DNA of 64,000 nt from an uncultured Verrucomicrobiota bacterium (GCA_903873945.1 CAIQQM010000291.1:20386-84385); one strand, 5' to 3'; shown: positions 9,597 to 20,241, counted from the first letter of the stretch. The notes: generated from the sequence alone by a model not told the origin. Program-made: numbers and translations.

Positions 9597-10319
9597 ATGA
9601 AGTTTGCCATCATAGCCGATATTCACGCCAATCTGGAGGCGTTTCAGGCCGTATTGGAGGATATCAAGCAGCAGAAATGCACTCATTACGCGTGCCTGGG
9701 TGATATCGTCGGGTATAACGCCAATCCGAAAGAGTGCCTCGACATTGTCCGGAAGATGGGCATCCCCTGCGTAAAAGGCAACCACGACGAATACTGCTCC
9801 ACCGACGGGCCTTTGGACGGTTTCAATCCAGCCGCAGCCGAGGCCGTAAACTGGACACGCAAACAATTGACCCAGGAAGATCGTGAATGGTTGCGGGATC
9901 TGAAATATGTACGGATGGCAACCAACTTCACGATCGTTCACTCCACGCTCGATGGCCCACAACGATGGGGGTACGTGTTTGACAAACTGGCCGCAGCGGC
10001 CAGTTTCACTTATCAAAATACGGCGGTTTGTTTTTTTGGCCATACCCACGTGCCAGTAGCCTTCATTCGGGACAGCATGGTCCGGGGTGGCACCTATTCG
10101 AAGTTCAAGGTTGAGGCCGGCAAGAAATATTTTGTGAATGTTGGCGCCATAGGCCAACCACGCGATAACAACCCGAAAGCGGCGTATGTGGTTTACGACA
10201 TGAATGAAGGAACAATTGAATTGCGACGGTTGGAATATGACATCCCAATGACACAGAAGAAGATTCTGGATGCGGGGCTGCCTCCCCGCCTAGCTGAACG
10301 CCTCGCTTTCGGCAGATAG
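9597..10319 (+). CDS. metallophosphoesterase (YfcE/MJ0936-like)
   Basis: Motifs DIHAN, GDIVGYN, GNHD, GHTH in canonical order. Confidence 0.85.
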   Translation: MKFAIIADIHANLEAFQAVLEDIKQQKCTHYACLGDIVGYNANPKECLDIVRKMGIPCVKGNHDEYCSTDGPLDGFNPAAAEAVNWTRKQLTQEDREWLRDLKYVRMATNFTIVHSTLDGPQRWGYVFDKLAAAASFTYQNTAVCFFGHTHVPVAFIRDSMVRGGTYSKFKVEAGKKYFVNVGAIGQPRDNNPKAAYVVYDMNEGTIELRRLEYDIPMTQKKILDAGLPPRLAERLAFGR

Positions 10320-10385
10320 CCCCGAGCTTCAGGCTCGCGCCTTGAATTTTACGGCTCATCTTCCCTTCGTTCGCGCGACGCACTC

Positions 10386-11411
10386 TTGAAAATCCTGATT
10401 CTTAAACCCAGCTCCCTCGGCGACGTCATACAAGCCCTCCCGGTGTTGCGGATGCTTAAACGGCATCTTCCCGACAGCACGATTTATTGGTGGATTGAGT
10501 CAAAGTTGGCGCCGTTACTGGAAGGAGACCCGGATCTGGCGGGCATCGTCCGATTCGACCGCCAGCGTTGGGCCGAACCACGACAAGCGCTCGCATTCTG
10601 GCGCGGCCTGCGTTGGATGCGCTCCCAGACATTTGACTGGGTGATTGATTTGCAATGTTTGATTCGCAGCGGTTTCGTAGCCTGGCTTGCGAATGGAAAA
10701 ACGACGATCGGCCTCGACGAGCCGCGGGAAGGCGCCCGGGGAGTCTACGACATCATTGCGCAACGCCAGTCATTTCACACGCATGCGGTGGATTGGTATC
10801 TGGAAGTGCTGCGGCTCTTGAATGTGCCTGTCCGGTGGGACTTTCAGTGGCTGCCGGAACGGCCGGAGATCGCAGCAGCCGTGCGGCGGAAATGGCCGGT
10901 TGACGCAGCTAAATGGCTGGTCATCCAACCCGGTGCACGCCGGTTGAACAAGCGGTGGCCTGCGGAATACTTCGCCAGCCTTGTGAGGCAACTGGCTGCG
11001 GCACACGCGGATTTTCGCTTCGCTATTCTGGGCACTCGCAACGAACAGCCGCTGGGCGAGATCATTGCACGGGTCGATCCTCGCCGGTGCCTCGATTTGA
11101 CGGGCCAAGTATCCCTGCCGGAAATGGTCGAGTGGATCCGGTTGGGGGAGTTGGTGGTGAGCAACGACACTGGCCCGATGCACGTTGCGGCTGCGCTGGG
11201 CAAACCTGTAGTGGCTTTATTCGGCCCCACTGAGCCAAGACGCACAGGACCCTATGGCCAGATCGACCACACGTTACAGTTGGATCTCCCCTGCATTCCT
11301 TGCCTGAAACATGGCTGCGCTTCGCGAAACCCGCTGGAATGTTTGCAAGCGCTTCCAGTGACCACGGTTTTCCAAGCGGTGCAGAAACGCCTTGGCTCGC
11401 TCGCGCGGTAA
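10386..11411 (+). CDS. glycosyltransferase family 9 (LPS heptosyltransferase-like)
   Basis: TTG start. MKILILKPSSLGDVIQALPVLRMLK... and C-terminal SNDTGPMHVAAALGKPVVALFGPT are characteristic of GT9. Confidence 0.85.
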   Translation: MKILILKPSSLGDVIQALPVLRMLKRHLPDSTIYWWIESKLAPLLEGDPDLAGIVRFDRQRWAEPRQALAFWRGLRWMRSQTFDWVIDLQCLIRSGFVAWLANGKTTIGLDEPREGARGVYDIIAQRQSFHTHAVDWYLEVLRLLNVPVRWDFQWLPERPEIAAAVRRKWPVDAAKWLVIQPGARRLNKRWPAEYFASLVRQLAAAHADFRFAILGTRNEQPLGEIIARVDPRRCLDLTGQVSLPEMVEWIRLGELVVSNDTGPMHVAAALGKPVVALFGPTEPRRTGPYGQIDHTLQLDLPCIPCLKHGCASRNPLECLQALPVTTVFQAVQKRLGSLAR

Positions 11412-11483
11412 TTTCACAAAGGCGGCGCTCCATGATCGGTGTTTGCGGCTTGCTACTCCTTAATGGCCATTTAAAGTGGCTGG

Positions 11484-12392
11484 ATGAAAAAAATCGCGTT
11501 GTGGTTAAGTCTCCTGAGCGGCTTAATCTCGCCGGTTGCGGCCCAGGTTGGAGTGGAGGTCACACTCGAACAGGACCAGTTTCTTCCGGGTGAAGCTCTG
11601 CAAGTGGCGGTGCGCATCACCAGCCATGCCGGTCAGACGCTCATTCTGGGTGGAGCAGATGATTGGCTAACATTCTCGGTCGAATCGCCCGACGGAATTG
11701 TTGTACCAAAGACGAGTGATCTTCCGGCGAAGAACGAATTCCCTCTGCAGTCCTCCAAAGTAGCGACCGTCCGCGTAAATCTGGCCCCCTATTTTGCTCT
11801 AACCCAGCCCGGACGCTATGCGGTAACCGCCACAATCAAAATTAAAGGATGGGACAGCGAGGTCACAAGCCGGCCGAAGGGTTTTTATATCATCCAAGGC
11901 GCCAAGTTATGGGAGCAGGAGATTGGCATACCGAAACCCACGGGCGCATCGGCAGGCTCTCCTGAAGTCCGCAAGTATATTCTGCAACAAGCCAACTACC
12001 TCAAGAACCAACTTCGACTTTATTTGCGTCTAACCGATGCTTCCGAAGCGAAGGTTTTTCGAGTCATTCCTATCGGCCAGCTGGTTTCCTTCAGCAAGCC
12101 TGAACCACAAGTCGACAAACTCAGCAACCTGCACGTTCTTTACCAAAACGGGCCACATTCCTTCAGCTACACCGTTTGCAATCCCGACGGGGATATGCTC
12201 ATCCGCCAGACCTACGATTACGTGAGCGCGCGCCCGCGGTTGCGAGGGAATGGCGAGGGGAGCATAACGGTGGAGGGTGGCGTCCGCCGGATGATGGCCA
12301 GTGATTTCCCCGTACCCAAACCGGAAACGCCGCTAGAAGAACCGTCCAAAACCGCGGGGCCAACCAACGAATTTAAACAGGTGAAACCCTGA
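11484..12392 (+). CDS. secreted hypothetical protein
   Basis: Clear signal peptide (MKKIALWLSLLSGLISPVAAQ). Beta-rich sequence with no family recognised. Confidence 0.55.
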   Translation: MKKIALWLSLLSGLISPVAAQVGVEVTLEQDQFLPGEALQVAVRITSHAGQTLILGGADDWLTFSVESPDGIVVPKTSDLPAKNEFPLQSSKVATVRVNLAPYFALTQPGRYAVTATIKIKGWDSEVTSRPKGFYIIQGAKLWEQEIGIPKPTGASAGSPEVRKYILQQANYLKNQLRLYLRLTDASEAKVFRVIPIGQLVSFSKPEPQVDKLSNLHVLYQNGPHSFSYTVCNPDGDMLIRQTYDYVSARPRLRGNGEGSITVEGGVRRMMASDFPVPKPETPLEEPSKTAGPTNEFKQVKP

Positions 12393-12408
12393 CGAGCAAT
12401 GAGCTTGG

Positions 12409-12954
12409 TCAAACAGCCACCGCCTGGCTGCCGACTCGCAATTGCAGTATCTTTTCCACGATAGCGCCAAGGTCGGACAGCACAAAATCGCGGTGCCCGG
12501 CGCCAAGCCAGGGAGACTGGAGCAGCAGAGACGTAGAACCTGCCGCCCAGGCAGCCTCGGCATCCTGCCACTTGTCACTGATGACGAAGGAATGGTCAAG
12601 GTCCAGGTACCATTTGAACCCAGCCTCGACCAAGAGACCCGCTTTGGGTTTGCGACAAGAACAGTGGTCGGTCTCATCGTGCGGACAAACAAAAATGTCG
12701 TCGATCGGAAACACCTGGCGCAGCACCTCATGCATCCGGTCCAACTCGTGGCGAGTCTGATAACCACGAGAAAGGCCTGGCTGGTTTGTCGTAGCAATCA
12801 GCACGAAACCCACGGCTTTTAGTTTCTGCAGCAACGGAAGCGCCTCCTGATTCACCCGAAAGTCTTCCAAAGCCAGCGGTCCGATCTGATGCTGGCGCTC
12901 GACTCGAACCCGGTTCAAAATCCCGTCCCGCTCAATAAACACACCCAATTTCAT
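12409..12954 (-). CDS. HAD-IIIA GmhB-like heptose bisphosphate phosphatase homolog (nucleophile Asp replaced by Glu)
   Basis: TTNQPGLSRG, the Zn-loop CPHDETDHCSCRKPKAG, and SDKWQDAEAA align with GmhB. Motif I reads FIERDGILN instead of FLDRDGT. Confidence 0.75.
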   Translation of the reverse strand: MKLGVFIERDGILNRVRVERQHQIGPLALEDFRVNQEALPLLQKLKAVGFVLIATTNQPGLSRGYQTRHELDRMHEVLRQVFPIDDIFVCPHDETDHCSCRKPKAGLLVEAGFKWYLDLDHSFVISDKWQDAEAAWAAGSTSLLLQSPWLGAGHRDFVLSDLGAIVEKILQLRVGSQAVAV

Positions 12955-13086
12955 GCTGTTGAGACAACATTAAATCTCGCCCAGAACCACCTCATTCGCA
13001 ACCAGCCCCAATCCACAGGATCAGTGTCTAATTCAGCTTTCGACAGTCTTAAAAATGAGAGAGGCGACTGACAACAATCTTTCCGG

Positions 13087-14139
13087 CTATTGAAGTTCCT
13101 CTTGCAGGGATTGGATGCGACCTTGCATTTCTTTGAGAATTGGCGTGGCGCGGACAACGGCACTCTCTTCTGTCTCGCCGGGAAACGAACTCATTTTTAC
13201 ACGCACGGCGGCAATGATGTCTCCATTCCGATCCCGCAAGGGCCTGGTAACGGACACCGACTTCTTATCCCTGCCGTAGTAGCTGACGCCCCGGGCGATC
13301 ACGTCCTGTTCGGCCTTCCCGCCAGGCCGCCCCGTTTCTTTTTCATCTTTGCTCGCCACGAGGCGGGTTATTCCATGGTTCGTTCCAGCCATGTAAACCT
13401 GCAAGTTTAGCAGACGCGGGTACTTTTTCATCATATCGCGCACGACGGCTTGCGCCGGCAACTCTAGCGGTGTGTAAATGATTCTCGCATCGGCGAAGTA
13501 ACTAACCGAATCGGACTTGGTCCAGAAACCAATCTTGCCCTTGGAAAAAGAGGTGTCTGTAATCGTGGGAATTAATTGTTTTCCGTTCAACAGGCAGCGG
13601 ATTTCATTGCCCTTACACTCAACTGTGAGTTCGTGCCAAACTCCGCTCGGGATTTCTGCCTCAGGCCCGAGCAACGTGCCACGCTCGCCGTTGACAACCT
13701 TGTAAAAACGGAATGTGTTTCCAAGCGAACTAGCCCTCACCACATAATAATTGGTTTCATTCTGAATCCGGAACGCAAGACCCGCCATCTGTTCCACCAC
13801 GCCACGCACGGTTTTGAAGCGAGTTGTCAGTGTGAAATCGCCAAATGTATCGTCGGAAAAAATCAACAGGGGGAAGTGTTCGTCGGTTGGGTCCTGCGCC
13901 AGTTGTGCCAGCACGGCCCGCTTGGCAACTGCCGGGGCCTGGGGTGAAATCGCTGGCATCAGCGACGTTACATCATCCATCACGACCCTCCAATCGCCCG
14001 GCTTGCCTCTCCCGGTCACTGTACTTTGAAAGTCCGGCGGAGCCTGATTTTCGTGCAATTCATTGAAATCGAATTTGCGCTCCGCAGCAGCCAACGGCAG
14101 AGCCAGCACCACCAGAGCCCAAAAGAAATGTGTTCGCAT
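13087..14139 (-). CDS. secreted protein with DUF1080/LamG-like (3-keto-disaccharide hydrolase fold) domain
   Basis: Signal peptide MRTHFFWALVVLALPLAAA. FTLTTRFKTVRG...AGLAFRIQNETNYYVVRAS...WHELTVECKGNEIRCLLNGKQLI resembles DUF1080. The C-terminal ~110 aa are unassigned. Confidence 0.6.
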   Translation of the reverse strand: MRTHFFWALVVLALPLAAAERKFDFNELHENQAPPDFQSTVTGRGKPGDWRVVMDDVTSLMPAISPQAPAVAKRAVLAQLAQDPTDEHFPLLIFSDDTFGDFTLTTRFKTVRGVVEQMAGLAFRIQNETNYYVVRASSLGNTFRFYKVVNGERGTLLGPEAEIPSGVWHELTVECKGNEIRCLLNGKQLIPTITDTSFSKGKIGFWTKSDSVSYFADARIIYTPLELPAQAVVRDMMKKYPRLLNLQVYMAGTNHGITRLVASKDEKETGRPGGKAEQDVIARGVSYYGRDKKSVSVTRPLRDRNGDIIAAVRVKMSSFPGETEESAVVRATPILKEMQGRIQSLQEELQ

Positions 14140-14309
14140 TTAATGGAAAGCTAACAAAACAAAGGCCGGCTACAAGTTTTTAGGCCCGCCCGGAGACAAG
14201 TCTGTAAAGGATAAGACATCTTCAGACTACGTTTGTCCAAAAAATGAGAGGTGTCCCCATTCAAAAAAACTACATTTCTGATTGACCAGACGATGCTTTC
14301 TATGCCGAG

Positions 14310-17300
14310 ATGGTAGAACTCTTAATCGGGCGTAATCAGATGGCAAAGGCATTATTAAGGAACGGGAACGGGTCGCACTCCGCCCATGCATCAAAGTACG
14401 ACGCTCATCACACCGTGCTCTCCAAAACTTATGGGGCACTGGCGGATCTGCGCCGGGAACTGTCTGATTCGAAAGCCGATGTCGCTGAACGCGAGGAGCT
14501 GCTAAGAAATTTTAGCATCTGCACCGATTCCCAGCGAGCCTGGCTGTTGCTCGAAGACTATTTTGAAAAGCTCGCCCTTTCCCGCAAAGACTTCCCCAAC
14601 GCGGATTGGTGGCCGCATCTGCTGGCGACGCAAGGCCAAGCGCGGCTCGAAGAAGTGGCGTTTCTTTTTCTTCGGGCCAAACGCCCGCTGCCGACTGAAC
14701 TGATGGCTTATGCCAATCCCGACCGATTCGCGCAAGTGGAACAAGCGGCGCAGGAGCAACAGTTGGTGCGGCATTTGGAATCGTGGGTCTTCCCGCCCGC
14801 ACCGGCACACTTCGATTCTCCGCGTGCTTCCCTGCGCGTGGTTTGCCGGCCCCAACCAGATGACCGGGAGCCGGCGCGCCATAAGCTGGCCGTTCAGTTT
14901 CACCTGCTCCGCCCCCGCACCGGGGAGAAGGCCAAAGCGCCCGGAGAAATCATCGAGCTGACAACGCGCGCCGCTCACGAGCAGGAACTCTTCACGCCGG
15001 CGGACTGGGAATTCATTCAGTGGCTGGCCGAAACCGAACCCGCCCGCACCAATAGCGAGAAAACGCTGGTTCTGTCAGATTTGGAATTGTTGCACTGGCT
15101 GGCGCGTTGGGGACACACGCAGCGTCTTGAACTCGCTCCCGGGGATTCTCCCGCAACGCTCGCGTTTCACGGCCAAGTGGCTGAGCTGACGCCGCACCTT
15201 GAAAATGGGGACAAGGAACTTTCGTTTACCCACCAACTCACCGTGCCAGGCGGCCAAACTTATCGGTTGAACGAAGTCCGGTTCTTCAACCACCGCCCAC
15301 CACTTGTTCTCGCCGGACACACATTTTACCTGCTTCGCAATGCTCCGCCGCTGCAATTGTTGGAGCATTGGGCCACCCAGCAGGCGATCCCCGTACGCAA
15401 GCTCAGCCATCGCCTGCTCATGCACCTGCGCAGAACGCAGTCGAATCACGGGATGGATTGGGAGCAATTGTGCGTCGCACATTCGGCGGCTCCGCAGTTT
15501 GTCTTCGAACTGCTCAACGATACGGTCAGGCTACGGCTAATGGCCCGGAGCCAACGGGATCAAAGCGTCTGGTTATGGAACGGCCACGAGTGGCAGTTGA
15601 ACGAACCGGGCCGGAGCCCGGTTGGAAAGCCGCAAATTCTCGACGACCCCCGCCTTGAGCCGGCGATTTTATGGCTGCGCCAGCTCGATTGGTTTACACC
15701 GGAGCCCGGCTTGTGGGTGGGCGACGCAACCGAAGCGTTCTTGACTACGCTTGCGCGGGCATGGCCGGACCGCCCGAAGGATGCCGAGTACCTCGGCAAC
15801 CCCGGATTTCAACGGCTTTTTCTGGCACCCCGCCAATTGCGTCCGCGGCTCGTCGTCAAGGGCAGCGGCATTGATTGGCTGGCCGTCTCAGCCGAGTGGG
15901 AGCAGGAGGGGTTTAAGCTCACAACGGCGGATCTGCAACGCCTCCAAACAGCCACCGGCCGCTTTGTCAAACTGCCTGATTCCGGATGGGTTGAGCTGGA
16001 TTCAGGCGCGGTCCAGTCCGCCCATGAAGCGATGGCGGATCTGGGCGTTGATGGCCTGGTCCCGGCCACCCAGCGCATCGGCCTGGAACAAGCGGCGCAT
16101 TTGGATGAAGCAGGATTGCAACGGTTTGGCGATTCGGCTCATGCCAAGGCTCTACGGGAACGCCTCAAGGATTTCAAGGGTGTGCCTGCCACACAATTGC
16201 CAGGGAGCGTGCAGGCCGAAATGCGGCCTTACCAGAAAGACGGTTTTGATTTCCTCTGCCACCTTGCGCAAATCAGGCTCGGAGGGATTCTCGCCGACGA
16301 CATGGGGCTGGGCAAGACGCTGCAGACTCTCGCATGGCTTGCATGGCTGAAAGAGCGGAATGGAAAAGATCCCAAGCCCTCGCTCGTCATCTGCCCCGCA
16401 TCGGTGCTGCATAACTGGCGCCGGGAGGCGAACCGTTTCACGCCCCAGCTCAAAGTGCTCGTGCTCGAAAGCGGCGCCGCGCGTCATAATTTGCGCAAAC
16501 AAATTCCGCAACACGATCTGATTGTAACGAATTATGCCTTGCTGCGACGCGACCTTGAAGAACTGCAGAAGTTTTCTTTCCGCGCCGCCATACTCGACGA
16601 AGCGCAGTTCATCAAAAATCCGGGCGCGCAGGTCACGCAGGCGGTGAAGCAGTTGAAATCCGAGCATCGCCTCGCGCTCACCGGCACGCCGCTGGAGAAT
16701 CGCCTGCTCGATCTATGGAGCATTGTTGATTTCATCAAGTCCGGCTATCTCGGCACCCAGGACCAATTCTCGGAAACTTATGAGCCACGCGGCGAAGATG
16801 CGGAATCCGCCCAGCGTATCGCGCGCCGGAGGTTGTCCGCCAAGCTGCGCCCTTTGCTGCTTCGCCGTTTGAAAAAGCACGTCGCAAAAGATTTGCCAGA
16901 GCGCATCGAACAGCGCCGCGATTGCCAGCTCGACGAGGAACAGCGCAAACTTTACCTAGCCGAGCTGCGCCGGAGCCGCGAGCAAGTGATGAAGACGGTG
17001 GCCGAAAAAGGCCTGAACAAAAGCAAGATTCACGTTCTTGCCGCCCTTACACGACTGCGCCAGATTTGCTGCCATCCCAAACTGGTGGGCAACGATTCGG
17101 GGTCGGGAAAAACAGAAACGCTCTTTGAGTTGCTTGATTTGCTTGTGGCCGAAGGCCAGAAGGTTCTCGTTTTCAGCCAGTTTGTGCAGATGCTGCTATT
17201 GCTTGAAGAAGAGTGCCGCCAGCGCCAAATCAACACCCATATCCTTACCGGCCAAACCAAGAATCGGTTGGAAGTCGTCTCCGCCTTCCAGAATGATCCC

Positions 17301-17612
17301 AACGCCGCCGTTTTCCTGCTGAGCCTCCGGGCTGCGGGGACCGGGCTGAACCTGACCACCGCGAGCTATGTAGTGCTCTATGACCCGTGGTGGAACCCAG
17401 CCGTGGAAGCCCAAGCTATCGACCGCTCCCACCGCATTGGCCAGACCCAAACCGTTAACGCTTATCGCCTGATATCGCCGGGCACTGTCGAAGAGAAGAT
17501 TTGGGAATTACAGCAAAGCAAAGCCCAGACGATCGCTGATGTGCTTGGTGAGGAGGGTTTTGCCCGCAGCCTCTCCAAGACGGACCTGGAGTACTTGTTC
17601 TCGGAAGATTGA
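14310..17612 (+). CDS. SNF2-family helicase with long bacterial SNF2-associated N-terminal region
   Basis: Helicase motifs LADDMGLGKTLQ, DEAQFIKNP, LTGTPLENR, VLVFSQF and DRSHRIGQ lie in the C-terminal ~460 aa. Confidence 0.9.
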   Translation: MVELLIGRNQMAKALLRNGNGSHSAHASKYDAHHTVLSKTYGALADLRRELSDSKADVAEREELLRNFSICTDSQRAWLLLEDYFEKLALSRKDFPNADWWPHLLATQGQARLEEVAFLFLRAKRPLPTELMAYANPDRFAQVEQAAQEQQLVRHLESWVFPPAPAHFDSPRASLRVVCRPQPDDREPARHKLAVQFHLLRPRTGEKAKAPGEIIELTTRAAHEQELFTPADWEFIQWLAETEPARTNSEKTLVLSDLELLHWLARWGHTQRLELAPGDSPATLAFHGQVAELTPHLENGDKELSFTHQLTVPGGQTYRLNEVRFFNHRPPLVLAGHTFYLLRNAPPLQLLEHWATQQAIPVRKLSHRLLMHLRRTQSNHGMDWEQLCVAHSAAPQFVFELLNDTVRLRLMARSQRDQSVWLWNGHEWQLNEPGRSPVGKPQILDDPRLEPAILWLRQLDWFTPEPGLWVGDATEAFLTTLARAWPDRPKDAEYLGNPGFQRLFLAPRQLRPRLVVKGSGIDWLAVSAEWEQEGFKLTTADLQRLQTATGRFVKLPDSGWVELDSGAVQSAHEAMADLGVDGLVPATQRIGLEQAAHLDEAGLQRFGDSAHAKALRERLKDFKGVPATQLPGSVQAEMRPYQKDGFDFLCHLAQIRLGGILADDMGLGKTLQTLAWLAWLKERNGKDPKPSLVICPASVLHNWRREANRFTPQLKVLVLESGAARHNLRKQIPQHDLIVTNYALLRRDLEELQKFSFRAAILDEAQFIKNPGAQVTQAVKQLKSEHRLALTGTPLENRLLDLWSIVDFIKSGYLGTQDQFSETYEPRGEDAESAQRIARRRLSAKLRPLLLRRLKKHVAKDLPERIEQRRDCQLDEEQRKLYLAELRRSREQVMKTVAEKGLNKSKIHVLAALTRLRQICCHPKLVGNDSGSGKTETLFELLDLLVAEGQKVLVFSQFVQMLLLLEEECRQRQINTHILTGQTKNRLEVVSAFQNDPNAAVFLLSLRAAGTGLNLTTASYVVLYDPWWNPAVEAQAIDRSHRIGQTQTVNAYRLISPGTVEEKIWELQQSKAQTIADVLGEEGFARSLSKTDLEYLFSED

Positions 17613-17685
17613 CCAGCACAGCTTGGCCAGGTTTCGTTGGGTGACTTTTTCGGTTGGCATGGTCACCGCCGCTTTCTCCTTGCGG

Positions 17686-18471
17686 CTATTGGGCGAACTG
17701 CCCCAGTCCCACGAGGATGAAGAAGGATTGTTCCAACACCCAAAAAGCCAGAACCAGAAAGGCTGCACGCATAAACGGCGCCCCGGAAAGCCTTGCCAAA
17801 CCAACGGACATCACGCCGACCAGCCAGAATGAAAAGACATTGACCGTTCCCAGCATCAAAGGGCTCTTGCGGGTCGCGTCAAAGTCGCCAACCGCCAGCG
17901 CCATGCTCGGCGTGGCGAACATCCTGCCAAAATTCACCGTCAACAGCAACGTAACCACTGTGCCCAGCACACTGATCATCAGCGCCAGCCCAGCAACCTC
18001 GAGTGTTTTGAGATAAACCACTGGCGTCTTCAGTAGCGACCGACCGAGCAGCCACAATATAAATCCCCACCAGAACACGCGGACGAAGCTCACAAAAACA
18101 GCGCTGATGGAGCCAAGGATCTTGAGCATGGCTGGTCCTGTAAATTTCTCCGCCACGACCAGGATTTTGTCCACCTGTTCGCGGGTCATCTTGCCCGCCT
18201 GAACCTGCTTATCCAGCATCTTCGCTTGTTCTTCCCGGACCTGTTGTTGAATGGCGGGTTGCGAAGCAATGATCACTGCGGAAATCACACCGACCAAGGC
18301 CAACAACAGGACAGGGACGAGCCAGTTTGCGGTGACGCCAGGACTGGCTTTCACTTCATCAAACACATCAGCAGGGACCGCAAAAACATTCAGCAACCGG
18401 GCGCCAAGTGATGTTGCGGGAGGCTTTGAAGCGGTGGGCTCAGACACAGTAACTGGCGAAGGTTCTTCCAT
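17686..18471 (-). CDS. Yip1-domain polytopic membrane protein
   Basis: Five predicted TM helices after a short cytosolic N-terminus. The pattern resembles Yip1/YIF family proteins, but the family call is tentative. Confidence 0.55.
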   Translation of the reverse strand: MEEPSPVTVSEPTASKPPATSLGARLLNVFAVPADVFDEVKASPGVTANWLVPVLLLALVGVISAVIIASQPAIQQQVREEQAKMLDKQVQAGKMTREQVDKILVVAEKFTGPAMLKILGSISAVFVSFVRVFWWGFILWLLGRSLLKTPVVYLKTLEVAGLALMISVLGTVVTLLLTVNFGRMFATPSMALAVGDFDATRKSPLMLGTVNVFSFWLVGVMSVGLARLSGAPFMRAAFLVLAFWVLEQSFFILVGLGQFAQ

Positions 18472-18769
18472 AAGACGAATCAGGGTTCTGAAGCGCCGGA
18501 CCGCGCGCGTTGGGAAGATGCCGGAATCTCTCTTGCCTGTCCAGAATTGTGATTTCCGTGTGATTTTCGCATAGTGAGACTCAACCTAATAAATTTTTAG
18601 TCGAAATGAGTCGAAAGAAGTGCAACTCGCACTCAACCTTGGCAAGGATTTCTCCAATGCCGACCTTTTGGCCTGTAAGTCAAGCTACCCCCGCAGATTC
18701 CCGATCACGGTGGGGCCAACCGGCGGCAATAGCTATTTCGGCTGAGAGATATAAATCAGATGGTTGTGG

Positions 18770-19168
18770 TTAGATCTGTTTCTGAATCTTGCCGAGAATA
18801 ACATGAGACAAGGCTTCGTCGCCAAATGTGCCAACCCGGATATGGATTTCGGTCGCTTGATCTGACACTTTTTTTACTTTGATCGTGACTTTCTTACCGC
18901 TGGCATTGTGAGCCGTCAGTTGCCCTTGAAGGCTGTCCTTGGCCTGCGAGAGGACAGGGAACTCCAGTTCCTTCATGGCGGCAAGTGTGGCTCCCCATGC
19001 ATGGTCCATAGAAGCTGATACTACCGCGGTAACCTCACCATTAACATAAGCATAAGTTCCTGCGCCTCCCGCAGCTCCAGCGCCCAATAAAATTACCGGC
19101 GCAACACAACCGCTGCTAAGCACCAAAATAGATGCTGTTATCACAATTGTCACAATGTTAGTCTTCAT
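18770..19168 (-). CDS. small lipoprotein (DUF3568-like)
   Basis: Signal peptide ending in the lipobox-like VLSSGC, followed by a Gly/Ala-rich segment (GAGAAGGAGTYAYV). Confidence 0.55.
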   Translation of the reverse strand: MKTNIVTIVITASILVLSSGCVAPVILLGAGAAGGAGTYAYVNGEVTAVVSASMDHAWGATLAAMKELEFPVLSQAKDSLQGQLTAHNASGKKVTIKVKKVSDQATEIHIRVGTFGDEALSHVILGKIQKQI

Positions 19169-19413
19169 AGATATTCCTTGTCGTTCGTATGGCGGCGAAA
19201 GTCTTCACACTACCTAAGTGAATCGCATTTTGGCGCAAATTCCACAAGCAAAGTTTTGACAGCAAAGAAATGGGGGAAAAGCTGCTTGGGGCTGTCCATG
19301 TTGAACTGTCCCCACTGCGGAAGGGAGATTGCCCTCTGCGTTCCAAAGAACGAGTCCTCCACACCGCCAGTCCTGCCACCGCCCCAATCCATGCCCCAAC
19401 TATTCCAAGAGAT

Positions 19414-20241
19414 TTAGCTCGCACCCCCGGGTTCCGCCGAACCGTCAGCGCCAATAAGCTCGCGCACTTTGGCCTTGATGTCCGAGTGTTTCACCAGGGA
19501 CTCGCCAACGAGAATTGCCCGGGCGCCATACTGAGCCAGCCGCATAACATCGTTTCGGGTTTGAATGCCGCTTTCGGCAACGAGCAAAGTGTTGCGCGGG
19601 TGAGCGTGCAGACGCGCGCCCAGGCGTTCCGTAACACCCAAGTCCACCTGGAAGGTGCGCAGATTGCGATTATTGACTCCGATAAGTTCAGCTCCCGCGT
19701 TCAGCGCTCGAGCCAATTCAGCTTCGTCATGCACCTCGACCAGCACCGCCAACCCCGCGCCAGCCGCCAAGGAATGAAACTGCCGCAACCGGGCATCGCT
19801 CAAGACGGCAGCGATAAGCAGTATGGCGTCGGCGCCCCATTGGACGGCTTCAAGGATCTGCCGCTCATCAATGATAAAATCCTTCCTCAGCAACGGCAGC
19901 TTTACCGCGCACCGGATCTGTTTGAGGTGCCCGAGGGAGCCCCGGAAGAATTTTTCATCAGTCAGCACCGAAAGGCAGGTTGCGCCCGCCGCTTCATATT
20001 CCAAGGCAATGCGGACGGGGTCAAAATCGGGGCGGATTACGCCCGCCGAAGGCGAGGCTTTTTTGACCTCGGCGATAAGCGCGATCGAGCCCGCCCTGGG
20101 GTGGCGTAATGCGGCGAGAAAATCACGGGCGCCGCCCAGCGCCACCGAGGCGGCTTTCAAATCGGCAACAGAAACCTCGCGCTGGGGCAAAGACGCGAGT
20201 TCGAGCTGCTTTTGCGCGATAATTGTTTCAAGAATCGTCAC
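19414..20241 (-). CDS. trpC: indole-3-glycerol phosphate synthase
   Basis: ALIAEVKKASPSAGVIR, LSVLTDEKFF, LRKDFIIDERQI, and GVNNRNLRTFQVD are the canonical TrpC motifs. Confidence 0.9.
   Translation of the reverse strand: MTILETIIAQKQLELASLPQREVSVADLKAASVALGGARDFLAALRHPRAGSIALIAEVKKASPSAGVIRPDFDPVRIALEYEAAGATCLSVLTDEKFFRGSLGHLKQIRCAVKLPLLRKDFIIDERQILEAVQWGADAILLIAAVLSDARLRQFHSLAAGAGLAVLVEVHDEAELARALNAGAELIGVNNRNLRTFQVDLGVTERLGARLHAHPRNTLLVAESGIQTRNDVMRLAQYGARAILVGESLVKHSDIKAKVRELIGADGSAEPGGAS

Noticed and set aside
14310-17612. SNF2 helicase as part of a phage-defence system (DISARM/BREX/Zorya-like).
   Set aside because: No adjacent methyltransferase, nuclease, PLD, DUF1998 or other defence partner is present. 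The neighbours are a secreted DUF1080 protein and a Yip1-like membrane protein. It looks like a stand-alone housekeeping RapA/SNF2-type enzyme.
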